NCBI GenBank assembly: GCA_046563655.1
Contig: CM102289.1
Location: 1,178,001-1,242,000, forward strand
DNA: 64,000 nt
Reading direction: 5' to 3'
Source of the DNA: Yuukianura sp. NJ FZ-2021
Taxonomy: Eukaryota
The notes under the pieces were generated by a model. It was not told the origin of the DNA. It saw only the letters and a list, made by a program, of their open reading frames with translations, and did not search any database. The stretch's first letter is position 1. Every line of letters begins with the position of its first letter. Both the position numbers and the translations under genes were made by a program. This document shows, one piece after another, positions 22,819 to 35,562 of the stretch.

Positions 22819-23710
22819 TTTGACCCGCTGTCAATATCTTAGAGATATATCGATACTTCGATTTCTGAGATACTTGAATGTATTTATTTAACTATCGCAG
22901 AGCCAAGTATAACACCAAGCCGCTAAAGTTAAACTTCTATAATACACCCATAAACCAAAAGTCCTCTCCCTGGGATTGGCGAAAATTAAATTTTGACGAA
23001 GTGGGTGTGGTTCAAAATGAAAATTTTTATGGATTAGGTTACAGTCTAACGATAAAAAAAATCGGCCCGGGACAACCGGAGTGTGCAGAAGTAGCGAAAT
23101 GTGTGATTGGTGTCTATCCAAACAATTATGTATTTGTGGCAATTCAACATTCGAGTCAATACTAATAACGACGGACTGCCAGTTGGCAGTTTTGGCTTCC
23201 ATGGAAACCGATGTAAACCAACGTGCAAACCCTTTCTGTGTTTGATTTTAATAATTTACAGAGAGTATTTCTTTAAATTGAACCTCTTCAGTAATTTTCA
23301 GCAAACGAATTTATTTTTAAATAAAGAACGGAAATTGGATTTTAGTTTCAGTTCATTTTGACATTCGAGGAGCAGAATTATGAATGTTTAACACAAGGTT
23401 TGTAAACAACGAAATAATTTTTTCTTCAACAGGTTAGGCAATAACTCAAGCGTTTTAAATTTTGTTTAAAAATTAGCAAAACTTGGTTCACCGTGCCTTC
23501 CTATGGTAATGATTTATATGCAATCAAATGGGATTGGGGGAAAATTGGGGGAAAAAATTGTTTCGAGGGAATTTTTTCGTAAACAGGACTTATTGCCAAA
23601 CCTCTTAAAGCAAGACAATTTCGTTGCTATAGCAACCTTGGTTCAACACAAGACGAAGACATAAATAAATAAATAAACAAATAAATACGTACTTAGTAGT
23701 TTACTAGAAA

Positions 23711-25713
23711 CTACCAATACTCCGGGGCGAGACTGTCCAAATACTGTATCTTCTTGTCCAAAATTTTTTGAATGACGCGCTTAAATTTAATTTTTTTCTT
23801 GATTTTCTTTGCTTTCTTCTTCTTTTTCTTTTGGTATTTCTTGTAACCTGCAAAAAAAAATTAGAAATTCCGTAAATTTTCTTAAAACCTGTCCTCGTTA
23901 AGTAAACATTGACTTTGAATATTGAGTTCAAAATTTTTCGATTGAAAAATAATTGGCACTTTGCAACAAAAACCTCCAACGAAACAAAATCTTACTTTTG
24001 GAATTGAGAATTTTCAAGTCTTTCTTCGTGAGTCCTTTGAATTCATCCCAAAGTGGATCATACTTTTTCTTGTGTGCGTGATGATGGTGGTGGTAATGAC
24101 CGTGGCTGCAACACGCAAAATTTTCAAAAAAAAAATTGTTGCTTTTTTTTTGAAAAAAAAACTTTTCCTAATTGTTTAAACAAGTTTTCCAAAAAAGTGT
24201 AACGGAAAAGTGGTCCTCACGCAAGGCACAGGAAAGAGGAACTTGTTTAAAATTATTTCCTGAAATTAAGGTGAATTGGGAACAAGAAGGAAGAAAATAT
24301 ACAAAGTAATTTACACAACTACTTAAATAAAATATATAAAATAAAACAGTTACATAGAATAATGTAAAAAAAACATAAAAATTTATTTCACTCCATTTTT
24401 CTCTAAGTCATACCAACCACTCGAGTGCATTAATTTTGTGCTTAAGCAAAAGACTCAAAATTTTCTTCAACTCGATATTGTTTTGTAAAAATGCAATTTT
24501 GCTCTTGGCTTTCAACTTGTAAATTTCGTATTTGAGTTTGATTTTGTCATATTCCGGTCCGTGACCCGAGTCCCAGCCCCACCCGTGACCATGGTGACCG
24601 TGACCAAAGTGGAAGTGACCTCGACCTGAATGTGGATTCGCATGATCGGAGAACCATGGCTCATCACTGCTGAAAGCAAATGAAGTTACTTGGCGTTAGT
24701 TTTGATCGAAAGGCGCTAAAAAGCAGACTGATACAATTTTTGTGAAAAAAAAAATAAAAAAAAAAATGTTGTGTTTTTGTAATAAGTTATTTTATTATCC
24801 AACAAAATCAAGAAAGTTATAAGCTTTGATGAGCGGAAACGTAGTGAGTTCCTTGAATTCCCATTTCAAAATTTTCTTCCACTTCTTCTTCCTTTTGTGT
24901 TCTTTGTACATTTCAATTCTCAACTTTTGAACTTCCGGATCCAGGTCGGGGTCAAATCCATGAATCGGAATTGGTTCGGGTGGACTCGGAACCCACCTTC
25001 GGAGTAGGTTTACGTTAGATTAAGTTAAAATTTTTGCCGCAAAAGATCAAAATTTTGTTGTAAATTTATAAAATTTTTGCAAAACAATAAGAAAGTCAGA
25101 AAAGGAACCAGAATTTAACGTTTGTTTTGTTTGTTTGAATTTACATGGGTAAAAGCTGATTTTGAGTTTGTTCATTTTTTTTTGTTCGATTTCAAAAATT
25201 ATTTTTAACTTACTCGGCATGGTGATCCGGCTTGCTTTTTGTTACGGAGACTTTGAATGGCCACAAAAATCGAAACATTGAACTGCGCTCGTCGTTTTGT
25301 GCAGAAGAATTTTCAACTTCTGTTTGTGCAGCTTCTGAACTCTTCTTTATCAAGCGCTTTCTAGCGGCTGGTTGGATTTCTTCAGATGAGGGTGGAGTTT
25401 TTGGTAACTTTGCATCTTCATGTGCTTCCTACAAATTCAGAAGTAAAAACATCTTAAAAATGCAAAAAGATATTTAGTAGAAACACTTTTTTTTTTAAAA
25501 ATAAAGCGTTTTTATGAAATTTCGAACCTCAGAGTTGCTGTCGTGCACAACGCCACCAAATCCAAGAGCTTCTGCAGAGTCCGACTCTTCAAAAGCTAGA
25601 CGCCGCGGTGGTAGGAGAATGTAAGGGCGTGGTCCGTTGAGAAAAACTTCCTGAGCATGCGCAATGCTTTGGCAAAAACATGCGCAGAAGAGAGTTAAAA
25701 GCAAGAGTCTCAT
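23711..25713 (-). CDS. Uncharacterised secreted protein with three alternative terminal exons
   Basis: Common exons 25713-25528 (signal peptide) and 25428-25214 end in phase 2. Three downstream phase-2 acceptors open stop-terminated frames: A 24996-24795, B 24669-24408, and C 24105-23996 plus 23847-23711. Confidence 0.72.
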
Positions 25714-26110
25714 CGTGACCAACACTGAGCCACTTCTGAGCAGTCACTGACTAAAACAAGCTCATCTTGAACTTGAAGTTGACGTGCAGAACAACACGAA
25801 ATGAAAAAAATAGTTTCAAATTGAAGTATTTTCAATAATTTGAGGTAAATGGCACTACTCACTTATTTTCTGGTTTTTGACTCATGCACATCAAAAAATA
25901 TTGACAGTTAAGAACGAGAATCAAAAAAGGAAAAGTTTCTCAAACCAGAATTGGCGTTACACTTTCAACTTTTTGACGCAATTACACTAAACCGGAACAT
26001 AAAAACTTAAAAAAAAATCAAATTCTAAGTTTTTCATATCCTGTGTAGTTTGGCAACAATCCCATTGCAAATCGCCAGAAATTGCTCCCTCTCTCGAGAG
26101 GCTGTAGAGT

Positions 26111-26190
26111 AGAACCTGATAGCTCAATGGCTAGAGGTCTTCCCGAATTGGAAAGTTGTGTGTTCGAATCCCGCTCTGTCCTTTATTTTT
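26111..26190 (+). other. tRNA-derived SINE head or tRNA pseudogene
   Basis: A box TAGCTCAATGG (26120-26130), B box GTTCGAATCC (26162-26171) and a T-run. The acceptor and anticodon stems do not pair convincingly. Confidence 0.55.
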
Positions 26191-26358
26191 TATACGCCGT
26201 TTTTTGTATCTGAAGCCACGTGAGCCCTGAATCTCACAATCGTTAATAATTTTCCGCATCTGACGTGCGATTGTTGGATTACATGATTGAGTAGGTCAAT
26301 TGTTAATTATTAAATGGTCGTGCAAACTTATTGGTTAAATGGAGTTATTTCTATACAC

Positions 26359-29239
26359 TCATTTTTCTTTGTTTGCAAATACTCTCTCAAGTTTAACACT
26401 TTTAAGTTTTAGTATTCGATTTATGGTCAAAATTAAGTTGGGGAGCAAACGAAGTTCGAATATTGCAGAAACAAGAGACAGTACAAGTCCAATTCCCAAC
26501 AGCACAAACATCAACCACATTCTGGCACTCAAATCCAACTTCCTCGGCCCATGTCGGTTTTCACCCACCAATTTCCAAGCCAATTGTGTGTCGTTTTTTA
26601 TATGCATGTCCGTAAGAATAGCCAAGCGACTGACCATGGTGCCAGACTCGGCTAACCGTCTTAACCCCTGTGTCCAATCGTATCCAAGGTCAACCACAAG
26701 TTCAGCCCCAACCATTATATCGTCCATAAACATTGACTTGTCCAGGAAATGATACACTACTTCAATAGGTTTTCTACCAAGACGAGCTGCCACGTTGTCG
26801 TCCAAGTAACGCTTGGCTATTGCAGTATCCAGTATCTCAGAACCCATTGCAAATTCCTTTTTGCACTGCATTACAGGCTCTACGTCCGAATCCTCACATG
26901 GCGGGATTTGCAGATTTTTAAGAAGGTTGTAAGCGGTGAGTCCAGCTTTGCCCTGCTTCTTCAAATGGGCCATGGACATTTGTGCATCTTCAGTCCATGA
27001 TAACATACCATCAAAAAGGATTCTGGTGCCCACCCCTTTAAGGCTCTCCATTCGAATCATTTGTGACATGGCAGTAAGGTGTTTCGAACAAATCTCTCCG
27101 CCCTTGATTCGCTCACTTCTCATCGGACGCAGAATTAAGTTGAGACGATCTTTATGATTGCAACATTCGGTGTACAAGGGATAATCCTTAGCAGAAACGT
27201 CTAAAAATTTATAGTTTCGATCAATAGCCGTTTCGAAGGAATCCAATTCCTGTCTTGGAAATGGAAGTGCAAGAGATGTAGTTACCACTCCCTTGTACCC
27301 ATGCGTAAGCACCAGGGTCATAAACAGAAACATTACGGTAAAAATTTTGAGTCCTTTCCCGACTATTCCTGAAATGTTGGGCAATGGGTAGCCCACTTCT
27401 AGGAACGTACTGTACATAAAAATTGGAATTCGAAGAGACACGGTGTCGTAGTGGGGGCGTACGACAAAGAATGTTGAGACAAAACTAAATGAGACAACCA
27501 GGCAAATCCATGTAGATACCGTAAATGGGCGAATATAGTTTGCAACTCCAACCTCCACACCCTCGTGGTAGCACGTATAGCCATAAGTGACAGTTTGTTT
27601 AAACAGAAATGTCCATATAATGGTCAGTTGGTTAAGAGCGGAGTAGGAGTAGTAGATAAATCGAACGATGACCTCATCTACACAAAAAACAGAGGAAAGA
27701 ATGCAAGTGAATCCAGGTTCATGACAACCAAATTGAACTTTCTCTAACGTTAAAGAGAGTATTTCATTGTCCATCAACCTTGTAAATCAAAAAAAAAAGA
27801 TATTAAAACCAATGTAAATAGAATAATATTAACGAGGGAACCTTTCCTACCGTTCGTTGAGCTTTTGAATTTAAAAAAAATACAGTCGTACTGTGTATAT
27901 CAAAAGACAAGTTTCTGCAGTAGTTTCGGTTACCAACACCAAAAAAATGTACCCCGACCAGGGCTCGAACACGTAGCGCCATTGCCAACAAATGAGCAAA
28001 AAAAAAAATTTGTCAAATTCTTCAACTGAAAATGTGTTTAGGATGTTATATCATGTAATCCGGATATTTTCTGTTGAATAATTCGACATAAAAAGAATAT
28101 TTTTCCTCATTTTTCTGGAATGGAGCCATGGGTCCGAGTCCAGTCCAGGTCGGGGGTACTTTTTTTTTGGCGTTGGCAACGGAAACTACCACGGAAAATA
28201 GTCTTTTGACATTCACAATATGACTGTATTTTTTAAATTCAAAAACTTGACGATCGGTAGGAAAGGTTCCCTAGTAAGTACTATAAACTCTTGTAATAAG
28301 TTTACGGTACGCAGTAATGATACCTGCATTCCTGTCAAGATTAAATGTTTGGTTAAAAGGTGCCAGAAGAAACTGACGCATTGTAGGAATCAAGTACTTA
28401 GATAGTTGCACATCTTCCCCTGCGCCGGCTGATAGACGAATCGGCAAAGTTTGAAGAACTTGTTGCTGCAGTGACTTAAGTTTCAGAAACAGTGGCAATT
28501 GTGTACTGAGAACCAAAAAGTTGGGCATGCTTAACCCCGGAACTCCAATGATTACTTCAAATTGTCCACCTACTGTTGCTCTTTTGCATTCCTTGTAGAC
28601 TACTCTCGTGACCCAGCGACTAAAATAAGTATGGTGGTTTATTTTGACCTTTGACTTGCTCACAGTTTTGCTTTCTTTGACGATAGACTTGAATGTGCAG
28701 GAGTCTGTTACTATTTGTAACAGAGGTTGATGTATAAGGTATGTCTCTGCTGTCTTAATATCAAGATGCATATATGGTTCACCATTTGGTGCTTCGCTCG
28801 TGTAAAATAAAACGGGCAACCAATAGCTCTCCAAGTACTCAAACATATGAAACTCCTGTTTACTATTCCGTGGAAAAATTGCTGTGACGCCAACACAATT
28901 GACGTTTTTTACCATGTAGTGAGGCTTGTCTTGGGGACAGAATGACGGAGTTTTGGTTTCAATGACATTACCAATCGTTGTCACTATAGCGCAAAAACTT
29001 GCATTGTAACGCCTAGGTCGGGCCATTTTGCCATTGTGAGCCAACGTTAATGCGTATGAACTGTTGATATTTGTAGAGTTGGAGTACATAATGACATGGT
29101 TGTAGCAATTGGCCCAACTCCCGCCCAAATACAAATCCAAGTTCAAGTGTTCGATGAAAACGCAACTGCACAACTCAACTCCACCACACAGTAAGATAAA
29201 CTCCAAACAAAAAGTATATTTTGGATCCATTTTTGACAT
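26359..29239 (-). CDS. Two-exon IR-like chemoreceptor (exons 29239-28324, 27677-26359; 744 aa)
   Basis: Signal peptide, LYLGGSWANCYNHVI, pre-M1 YIRPFTVSTW, TM2 LTHGYKGVVTTSL, S2 end RLAESG and TM3. Phase-1 GT-AG intron. Confidence 0.8.
27835..28272. mobile_element. MITE with ~130-bp imperfect TIRs in the IR intron
   Basis: AGGGAACCTTTCCTACCG... at 27835 is the reverse complement of ...CGGTAGGAAAGGTTCCCT at 28272. Confidence 0.85.
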
Positions 29240-29555
29240 TTTTGAAATGGAAATACAAATAAACGTTGGAGTTAGTTAGTCCGATTGTAGAAATTTTGAA
29301 ATGTCTTTTTCGAAATAAAAATTTTCAAATTGAAGTCATGCACATCTCGTCAAGATGCCGGGAAGTTTAAAATTTTAAATTCATGCACATTCCATGACTC
29401 AGTTTTTAAATAAATAAATACCATGATGATCATGAAAAATAAGTTTAATTTCTGAAAATGAAAAGTTGCACGTGAGGATTCGACAACCATTATCTCAATT
29501 AAACTTTTAATAAAATATTTCACAATTTTCTAAAAAAAAATTTAGATGTTAGGAG

Positions 29556-29965
29556 CTTTATTTAATCAATTTCCAAGATTCGAGCGGCTTTTTTTGAAGT
29601 CTCAAAATCGTTGGTCTTCTTCATGCTAACCAGTGGAATCCAATGACAATACAGACGACACTCTCCACAGTAGCCTCAATATCTTCACTAGGAAGGGGTC
29701 GCTAGGATGTGTCGTCATGACGACCAAATTCAAATCAGGTGAATTAGCTTCAGACATATCGTAAGTCGGATCAGATGACCTTGACATTGTTCCATTCAGC
29801 ACAGAGGTCACATTGGCAGCACTTTTTTGAGCACTTGGTTTCCAGAATACGTCGTGCACAAAACCCAGACAAGTGGTGACATAAATTTCGACCACCGTTT
29901 ACGTCTAAATGCCCCTACGTTACTTATCGTATTTATCAGCGCATATAATTTCCAACAATCGCTAA
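29556..29965 (-). pseudogene. SLC33A1: SLC33A1 3' fragment
   Basis: Degenerate copy of about 36453-36885 (IYVTTCLGFVHDVFWKP...) with deletions and frameshifts. Confidence 0.9.
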
Positions 29966-30283
29966 ACTCGCGAAATTAACTAAACGTCTCAACTTGTGGT
30001 TTACAGTTGTATTTATTTATCTCACAACTTTTACAGTTACAGTTAGTAGTAATTATTAATTTTTCTTACAGTGTTGAAAACAATCGATTGAGCAACGTAT
30101 GAAATGCGCCCTGCAAAGTTTAAAAGTTTTTTTTCATTTTTTAAATAAAATTTGCCATGAGCAGTAAAACTGTGCGACACCTATAAAGAAAAGTAACAAA
30201 TCGACAAACGTTGTGTGAACTTAATTTTGGTGCGTGTAGTTTGTCTAACCTTATTAGTATAACTGTGTCGCTTTTTTTAGTTT

Positions 30284-32733
30284 TCAAATACTCTCCTCTT
30301 CACTTTTTTCCAAGTTTTCAACTATTATTATTATTTGAGTTTTGATCAACGTGAAGTAGGGAATCAACAGCTCGACTGTTGCCGAAACAAGAGATAGCAG
30401 CAGTCCTATTCCCAACAGTACAAATGTCAACCACATCCTGGGACTCAAATCCAACTTCCTCGGCCCATCTAGCTTCCCTCCCGCCAATTTCCTTGTCAAT
30501 TGTACTTCCCTTTTCATAAGTATGTAATCAAGAGTAGCAAGGCGACTGCCCATAGTGCCAGACTCAGCTAACCGAATTAGACCCTGTGTCAAGTCATACC
30601 CCAAATCAACCTCAAGGTATGCACCCAGCGTTAGATCGTCCAGGAACATTGAGTTGTCCAGAAAATGATATAGTGTGCCAGTAGGTTCTTTTCCAAAACT
30701 AGCTTCTATGACGTAGTCCAACCGAGTTTTGACTCCTGCGCGATCCATTGCAATGGAACCAATTGCAAACTCTTTGTTGCATTGCATCACAGTGTCCTCA
30801 AATGAAACGCCACACGGTTTAATCCGTAGTCTGTTTAGGAGGTTGTAGGCAGTGAGACCTGCTTTGCCCTGCTTTTTCATTTGATCCATGGCCATTTGTG
30901 CAGCTTCAGTCCATGACAACGCAGCATCAGGTTCTACCAATTTGATGCCAACACGTTTGAGGTTCTGCATTCGACGCAATTGTGACATGGACGTAAGGTG
31001 TTGCTCGCATGTTTCTACGCCCTTTACGTGCCAATCTGTCGTCTGAGGGAGAATTAAGCTCAGGCGACGCCTATGCTTGCAACATTCGTCGTACAATTCT
31101 AGTTCCGTAGGCCAAGGGTCTAGAAAAGTATAGTTTCGGTCAACAGCCATTTCGAAGGAATCCAATTCCTGTTTTTGAAATGGGACAACGAGGGATGTAG
31201 TTACCCCTCCCTTGTATCCAATTGTAAGCACCAGAGCCATTAGTAGAAACATTACGGTAAAAATTCTGAGTCCTTTCCCGCGTATTCCTGAAACATTGGC
31301 CAATGAACAGCCAACGTCTAGGAAAGTACCGTACATAAAAACTGGGATTTGAAGAGATATGGGCCTGTAGTGGGGCCATACCGCAAAGAAAGTTGACACA
31401 AAAGTAATCGAGACAAGCAGGCAAATCCATGTGGATACCGTAAACGGGCGAATATACTGCGCAACTCCAACTTCCATGCCCTCTTTGTAGCATGTATAGC
31501 CATACAGGTAACTTTGTTTAAGCGGGAATCTCCACTTTATAGTCCATATGTCATGCGCGTTATAGTAGAAGGTCACAAATTCAACGATGACATAATCTAT
31601 ACCAAAGAAAGGAAGAATGCAATTTAGTCAAAAAATATGAGTCAACAAGTGCTAAAAAACGCTTGTAAGTGACAGTTTTAACGATGGCTACTTTAGCAAC
31701 GAAATAGTTTTTCTTTAACGGTAAAGGAAAAACTGTTTTCTTGTTTAAGAACCATGGTTTCAACGGAATTAACCAAACTGTTTTAAATCATGTCGAGTAC
31801 AAAAATTTTACCTGGTGCCCCGTCAGCATCAAAAGTTTGGTTAAAAGGAGCCAGAACAAAGTCACGCATTGTATCAATCAAGTACTTTTGTTCTGCACTT
31901 TCTTCTGCGAAGTACATTAGAAGCATCGGTAATGTTTTACGGACTTTTTTTTGCACCAACTCAAATTCCAGGAACAGCGGCAGACGTTGCGTACTGAGAA
32001 CCAAAAATTTGGAAATGCTCAACCCCGGAACTCCAATGATTATTTCAAATTTTCCACCAACTGTCGCTCTTTTGCATTGTTTGTAGACTACCCTCACGAC
32101 AAAGCGACTAAAGTAAATATAGTACTGCAATTCGACATTCAACTTATTCGAATAAGCTCTGTTTTGTTTAACGATAGACTTGAATGTGCAGGAGTCTGTT
32201 ACTATTTGTAGCATAGGGTTATGTATAAGGTAAGTCTCTGCCGTCGTAATATCTCGCTGCTGCATTTCCGATTTACGCTTTGGACCTTCACTCATGTAAA
32301 ATGACATTGGCAACCAATAGTGCTTCAAGTACGCAAACATGTAAAACTCCTGTTTACTCTTCAGTGGAAAAATTGCAGTGACGCCAACACAATTGACGTT
32401 TTTGGTCATGTAGTGGGGCTTGTCTTGGGGACAGAATTCCGGAGTTTTCGTTTCATTCACTTTACCTGTTCTTGTCACTACGGCGCAAAAACTGTCTTCC
32501 TTGCCCCTAGGTACAGCCATTTTGTCATTTTGAGCCAAAGTTAACGCATATGAACTGTAGATGTTAGTGTACTTGGAGTACATGATCACGTGGTTGTAGC
32601 AATTCGCCCAACTTCCGCCCAGATACAAATCCAAACTCAAATGTTCGATGAAAAAGGAACTGGATTGCACAAACCCAATAAAAAGTAAGGCAGAAACAAG
32701 TCAAAAAATAGTTTTTGGATCTATTTTTCAAAT
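30284..32733 (-). pseudogene. Two-exon IR-like gene with a destroyed start/signal region (exons 32733-31812, 31596-30284)
   Basis: Close paralog of 26359-29239. The paralog's ATG TCA AAA ATG reads ATT TGA AAA ATA here, and there is a second in-frame TGA at 32703-32701. The rest of the frame is open. Confidence 0.72.
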
Positions 32734-33135
32734 TTTTGAAAAAAAAATTAAAATGAGTAAGGTTGTGGTAGTTTGGTAGTCCGACTGAATAATCAAACCA
32801 GAAATTTAGAAAGACCTTAACGCGTTTAAAAATTTTGTATTTATGAACGTGTGCAAATATCTCACTTTTGAATAAATAAACACGACGACGATGATCACGA
32901 CAAAATTTAATTTCTGAAAATGAAAATTTGAACGAAACTATTCCAAAGTTTTATCTCAATTAAACTTTTATTCAAATTTTGAAAATATTTTTTAAAAGTT
33001 TGTAGGAACTTTATTTAAAAACCTTCAAAAGTGAAACAAAAATTGAAAAATGAGTGTTTTGGGTTGGTAGGGACAAGTATGTCGTTCACTACAGTCGCCG
33101 TCGCTGTACTAGTCTTTTCCGGTTTTTCCAAAAGT

Positions 33136-35562
33136 TTACAATATGGTTGCCTTTAACCGACTGTATATATTTTTTGCTTGAATCATAAACCCATAAATTG
33201 TTTCTCTTTTTTCGTAACCTAATAATCTGTTTGCTCTAATCATCCCTCTATAAATTATTGTTTTTAGCTCGTAAAGTAATACTAAACTGCATACGCCCAA
33301 GCAACCAAAAATCATATAGAAACATGTAATAATGTTTCCTGTCATCTTTAATTTCTTGGGTTTTCCCTGCAATACCTTTGTTTTTTCGTATTCGTTCATA
33401 ATTTTGTCAGTTGGATTAGGTCTAGTGAGGGGAAACCATTTTCTCCACAATTCGTAAATTCCTGAATGCATGAGTTGTTGCAATCTTTTGTACTGATGTT
33501 GCTCATATATTTTATACCCGCGAACAAATGTACCAAGTGATTTCGTTCCTTTACGAAAGTGTACTGCGTTGTCTCCAATAGAATCTAAACTTTCACTTTG
33601 CAATCGATTTTCGTAGTGTGCCAAAAATATATTCAAATTTGACTCTGCTGCCAGCATGGCCGTTTTGGTGCAAAATGAGACACTTTCTGAAAGTTTTAGA
33701 ATTGTGGGGTTAGGGTCAATTAAATCGCTAAATCGCTCTGGTGTATAGGGATCCACGAGTATAAATGAAGATGGGAATTTAGGGGCTATATTGAACGTAT
33801 GTAAAACGCTCCTGCTCCTTTTTTCGCTTAATATATAAGAGTTTTCGCACATACATTGACTAACGCGGTACTTTGAAGAATGTTGCGAGTTCTTGACGCA
33901 TTGGAACGGAGTTGATTGGGCGTAGTTTACTATTCGCTTCATAGCTACATTTTCAGAAACTTTGACTGGCCACGAGTGTAAATTTAGTTCCGTCTTACGT
34001 ATCACACATGGGGAAGTATTTTTTTCAATTTTCCATTTACAGTAAAACAGGTCACGATCGAATGGGCCATAATCGGACTCATCCGTATAACCTATGTCTT
34101 TGAAAAAATTGAGCGAATCTTTGTGATCGCTTAGTATTACAAAGTCCTCCAATTGATTGAACTCTTCATATGTTTGCGTAATGGGTTTTCCATTAGTTAA
34201 GTACGACACAACTACCCCTTTGTATGCATTCGTAAGGATTACTGTTAACAACATCCACAAACTAATCACAGGGATTATACGATTCCGAGCGACATTTTGT
34301 CGTATGTTAATAAAAAGTTCAAGTAGACTTCCGAAAAACATAAATACAACGTCTAAATATACTAAGTAATTCAGCTGAGAAGTCGCAAACGTTGCTCTCG
34401 GTTGGACCTGAATTACTAAAGTAACAAAACATAACAACAAAAGTCCAGTTGCTAACACTGTACCCCAACAGTATTTGTCGTACGGTCTAGTATAAATTTC
34501 AAACGTCAATGTTTCCTTGGTACCATCACAAGTTAAGAAATTTAGGATACCATATTCGATTGGGAAAAACTGAATAATGTTAGTACGTGAATCAGGGTAA
34601 GCTAAATATAATCCATTAACTAACGTTCTCCAAAATAATTGATCTTTAAGCGTTGTTTTATCAGATGAAACAAAATAGTCTGACTTGAAATGTGTAACTA
34701 AGCCGATATGGTCGTGAAAATTCAACGTCGTAGGTACAAGGTCATGTGCCTTGAAGGGATTCAAAATATCAGTAACTGCTATCTTCCCCTCAGTTAAATT
34801 TCTGTCCGGAAAATAAAGATCGTTCCTTCCCTCCGCTTCAGCTGTTGCGGCCAGTTGTCGAAATAGCTTGAACGATAGCGCTTGCGTTGTGTTAATTTTT
34901 AAACAGCCATGATAATGCCACGAAAAGTATCCAAATATTTCAGATGTCCTTGATCTTGCCTTGTACACGTAACATATTTCTGAAATGAAGTACTTGGCAC
35001 TGTTTCTCACTAGTTGAGTTTTTGCTTTTAGGTTAGTTAGGTTATAATAAAATATGGTTGCGTAAGGGAAGTCTTCCACTAGTAGGTTCCTTACAACGTA
35101 CGAGTTCCTTAAATCCACAATATGAAATGAAATACCCAAAATTCTCACCAAGTCAGATCGTTTCTTGTCCATTATTTCATCGCCATAAGGGAACCGCCTA
35201 CAACTTTCCGGAAATGTGTAAACATTGGTAGGAAACATCATGAAAACTTCTAAATAGTTGAGTTTGTTTCCAGGAGTGTGTTGTATTTCCATGTGTTTCA
35301 TAAAATCTCGTTCATCGTTGTATAAACGACAGCGTAATACTGTAGGCTTCAAGTAATACAATTTTATGGGAACTTCAAAACTTGAAGTAATTTGGAATTG
35401 CGGACTTTCCGAAATTAGTATCAAATTGTCACTATGTGGAAACTGATCAATCAGTTGATGTAGATTCGAAATGTCGAACACAATGCTCCTATGCTCTGAA
35501 ATTGCTACTGTTTTTGAAATGAGAATTGTATTCACAAAAACCATTACCCAGAAGGAATACAT
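33136..35562 (-). CDS. Intronless IR-like chemoreceptor, 808 aa
   Basis: Signal peptide, NLHQLIDQFPHSDNLI, FLTCDG, pre-M1 YTRPYDKYCW, TM2 LTNAYKGVVVSYLT, LQQLMHSGIYELW and TM3. Confidence 0.82.
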   Translation of the reverse strand: MYSFWVMVFVNTILISKTVAISEHRSIVFDISNLHQLIDQFPHSDNLILISESPQFQITSSFEVPIKLYYLKPTVLRCRLYNDERDFMKHMEIQHTPGNKLNYLEVFMMFPTNVYTFPESCRRFPYGDEIMDKKRSDLVRILGISFHIVDLRNSYVVRNLLVEDFPYATIFYYNLTNLKAKTQLVRNSAKYFISEICYVYKARSRTSEIFGYFSWHYHGCLKINTTQALSFKLFRQLAATAEAEGRNDLYFPDRNLTEGKIAVTDILNPFKAHDLVPTTLNFHDHIGLVTHFKSDYFVSSDKTTLKDQLFWRTLVNGLYLAYPDSRTNIIQFFPIEYGILNFLTCDGTKETLTFEIYTRPYDKYCWGTVLATGLLLLCFVTLVIQVQPRATFATSQLNYLVYLDVVFMFFGSLLELFINIRQNVARNRIIPVISLWMLLTVILTNAYKGVVVSYLTNGKPITQTYEEFNQLEDFVILSDHKDSLNFFKDIGYTDESDYGPFDRDLFYCKWKIEKNTSPCVIRKTELNLHSWPVKVSENVAMKRIVNYAQSTPFQCVKNSQHSSKYRVSQCMCENSYILSEKRSRSVLHTFNIAPKFPSSFILVDPYTPERFSDLIDPNPTILKLSESVSFCTKTAMLAAESNLNIFLAHYENRLQSESLDSIGDNAVHFRKGTKSLGTFVRGYKIYEQHQYKRLQQLMHSGIYELWRKWFPLTRPNPTDKIMNEYEKTKVLQGKPKKLKMTGNIITCFYMIFGCLGVCSLVLLYELKTIIYRGMIRANRLLGYEKRETIYGFMIQAKNIYSRLKATIL

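Noticed and set aside
22878..23230. Coding-like stretch (SSPWDWRKLNF...GPGQPECAEVAKC...GFHGNRCKPTC)
   Set aside because: It needs a frameshift, and I found no recognised domain or consistent exon model.
26111..26190. Functional tRNA gene
   Set aside because: A and B boxes are present but there is no convincing cloverleaf, so it is kept only as a tRNA-derived relic.
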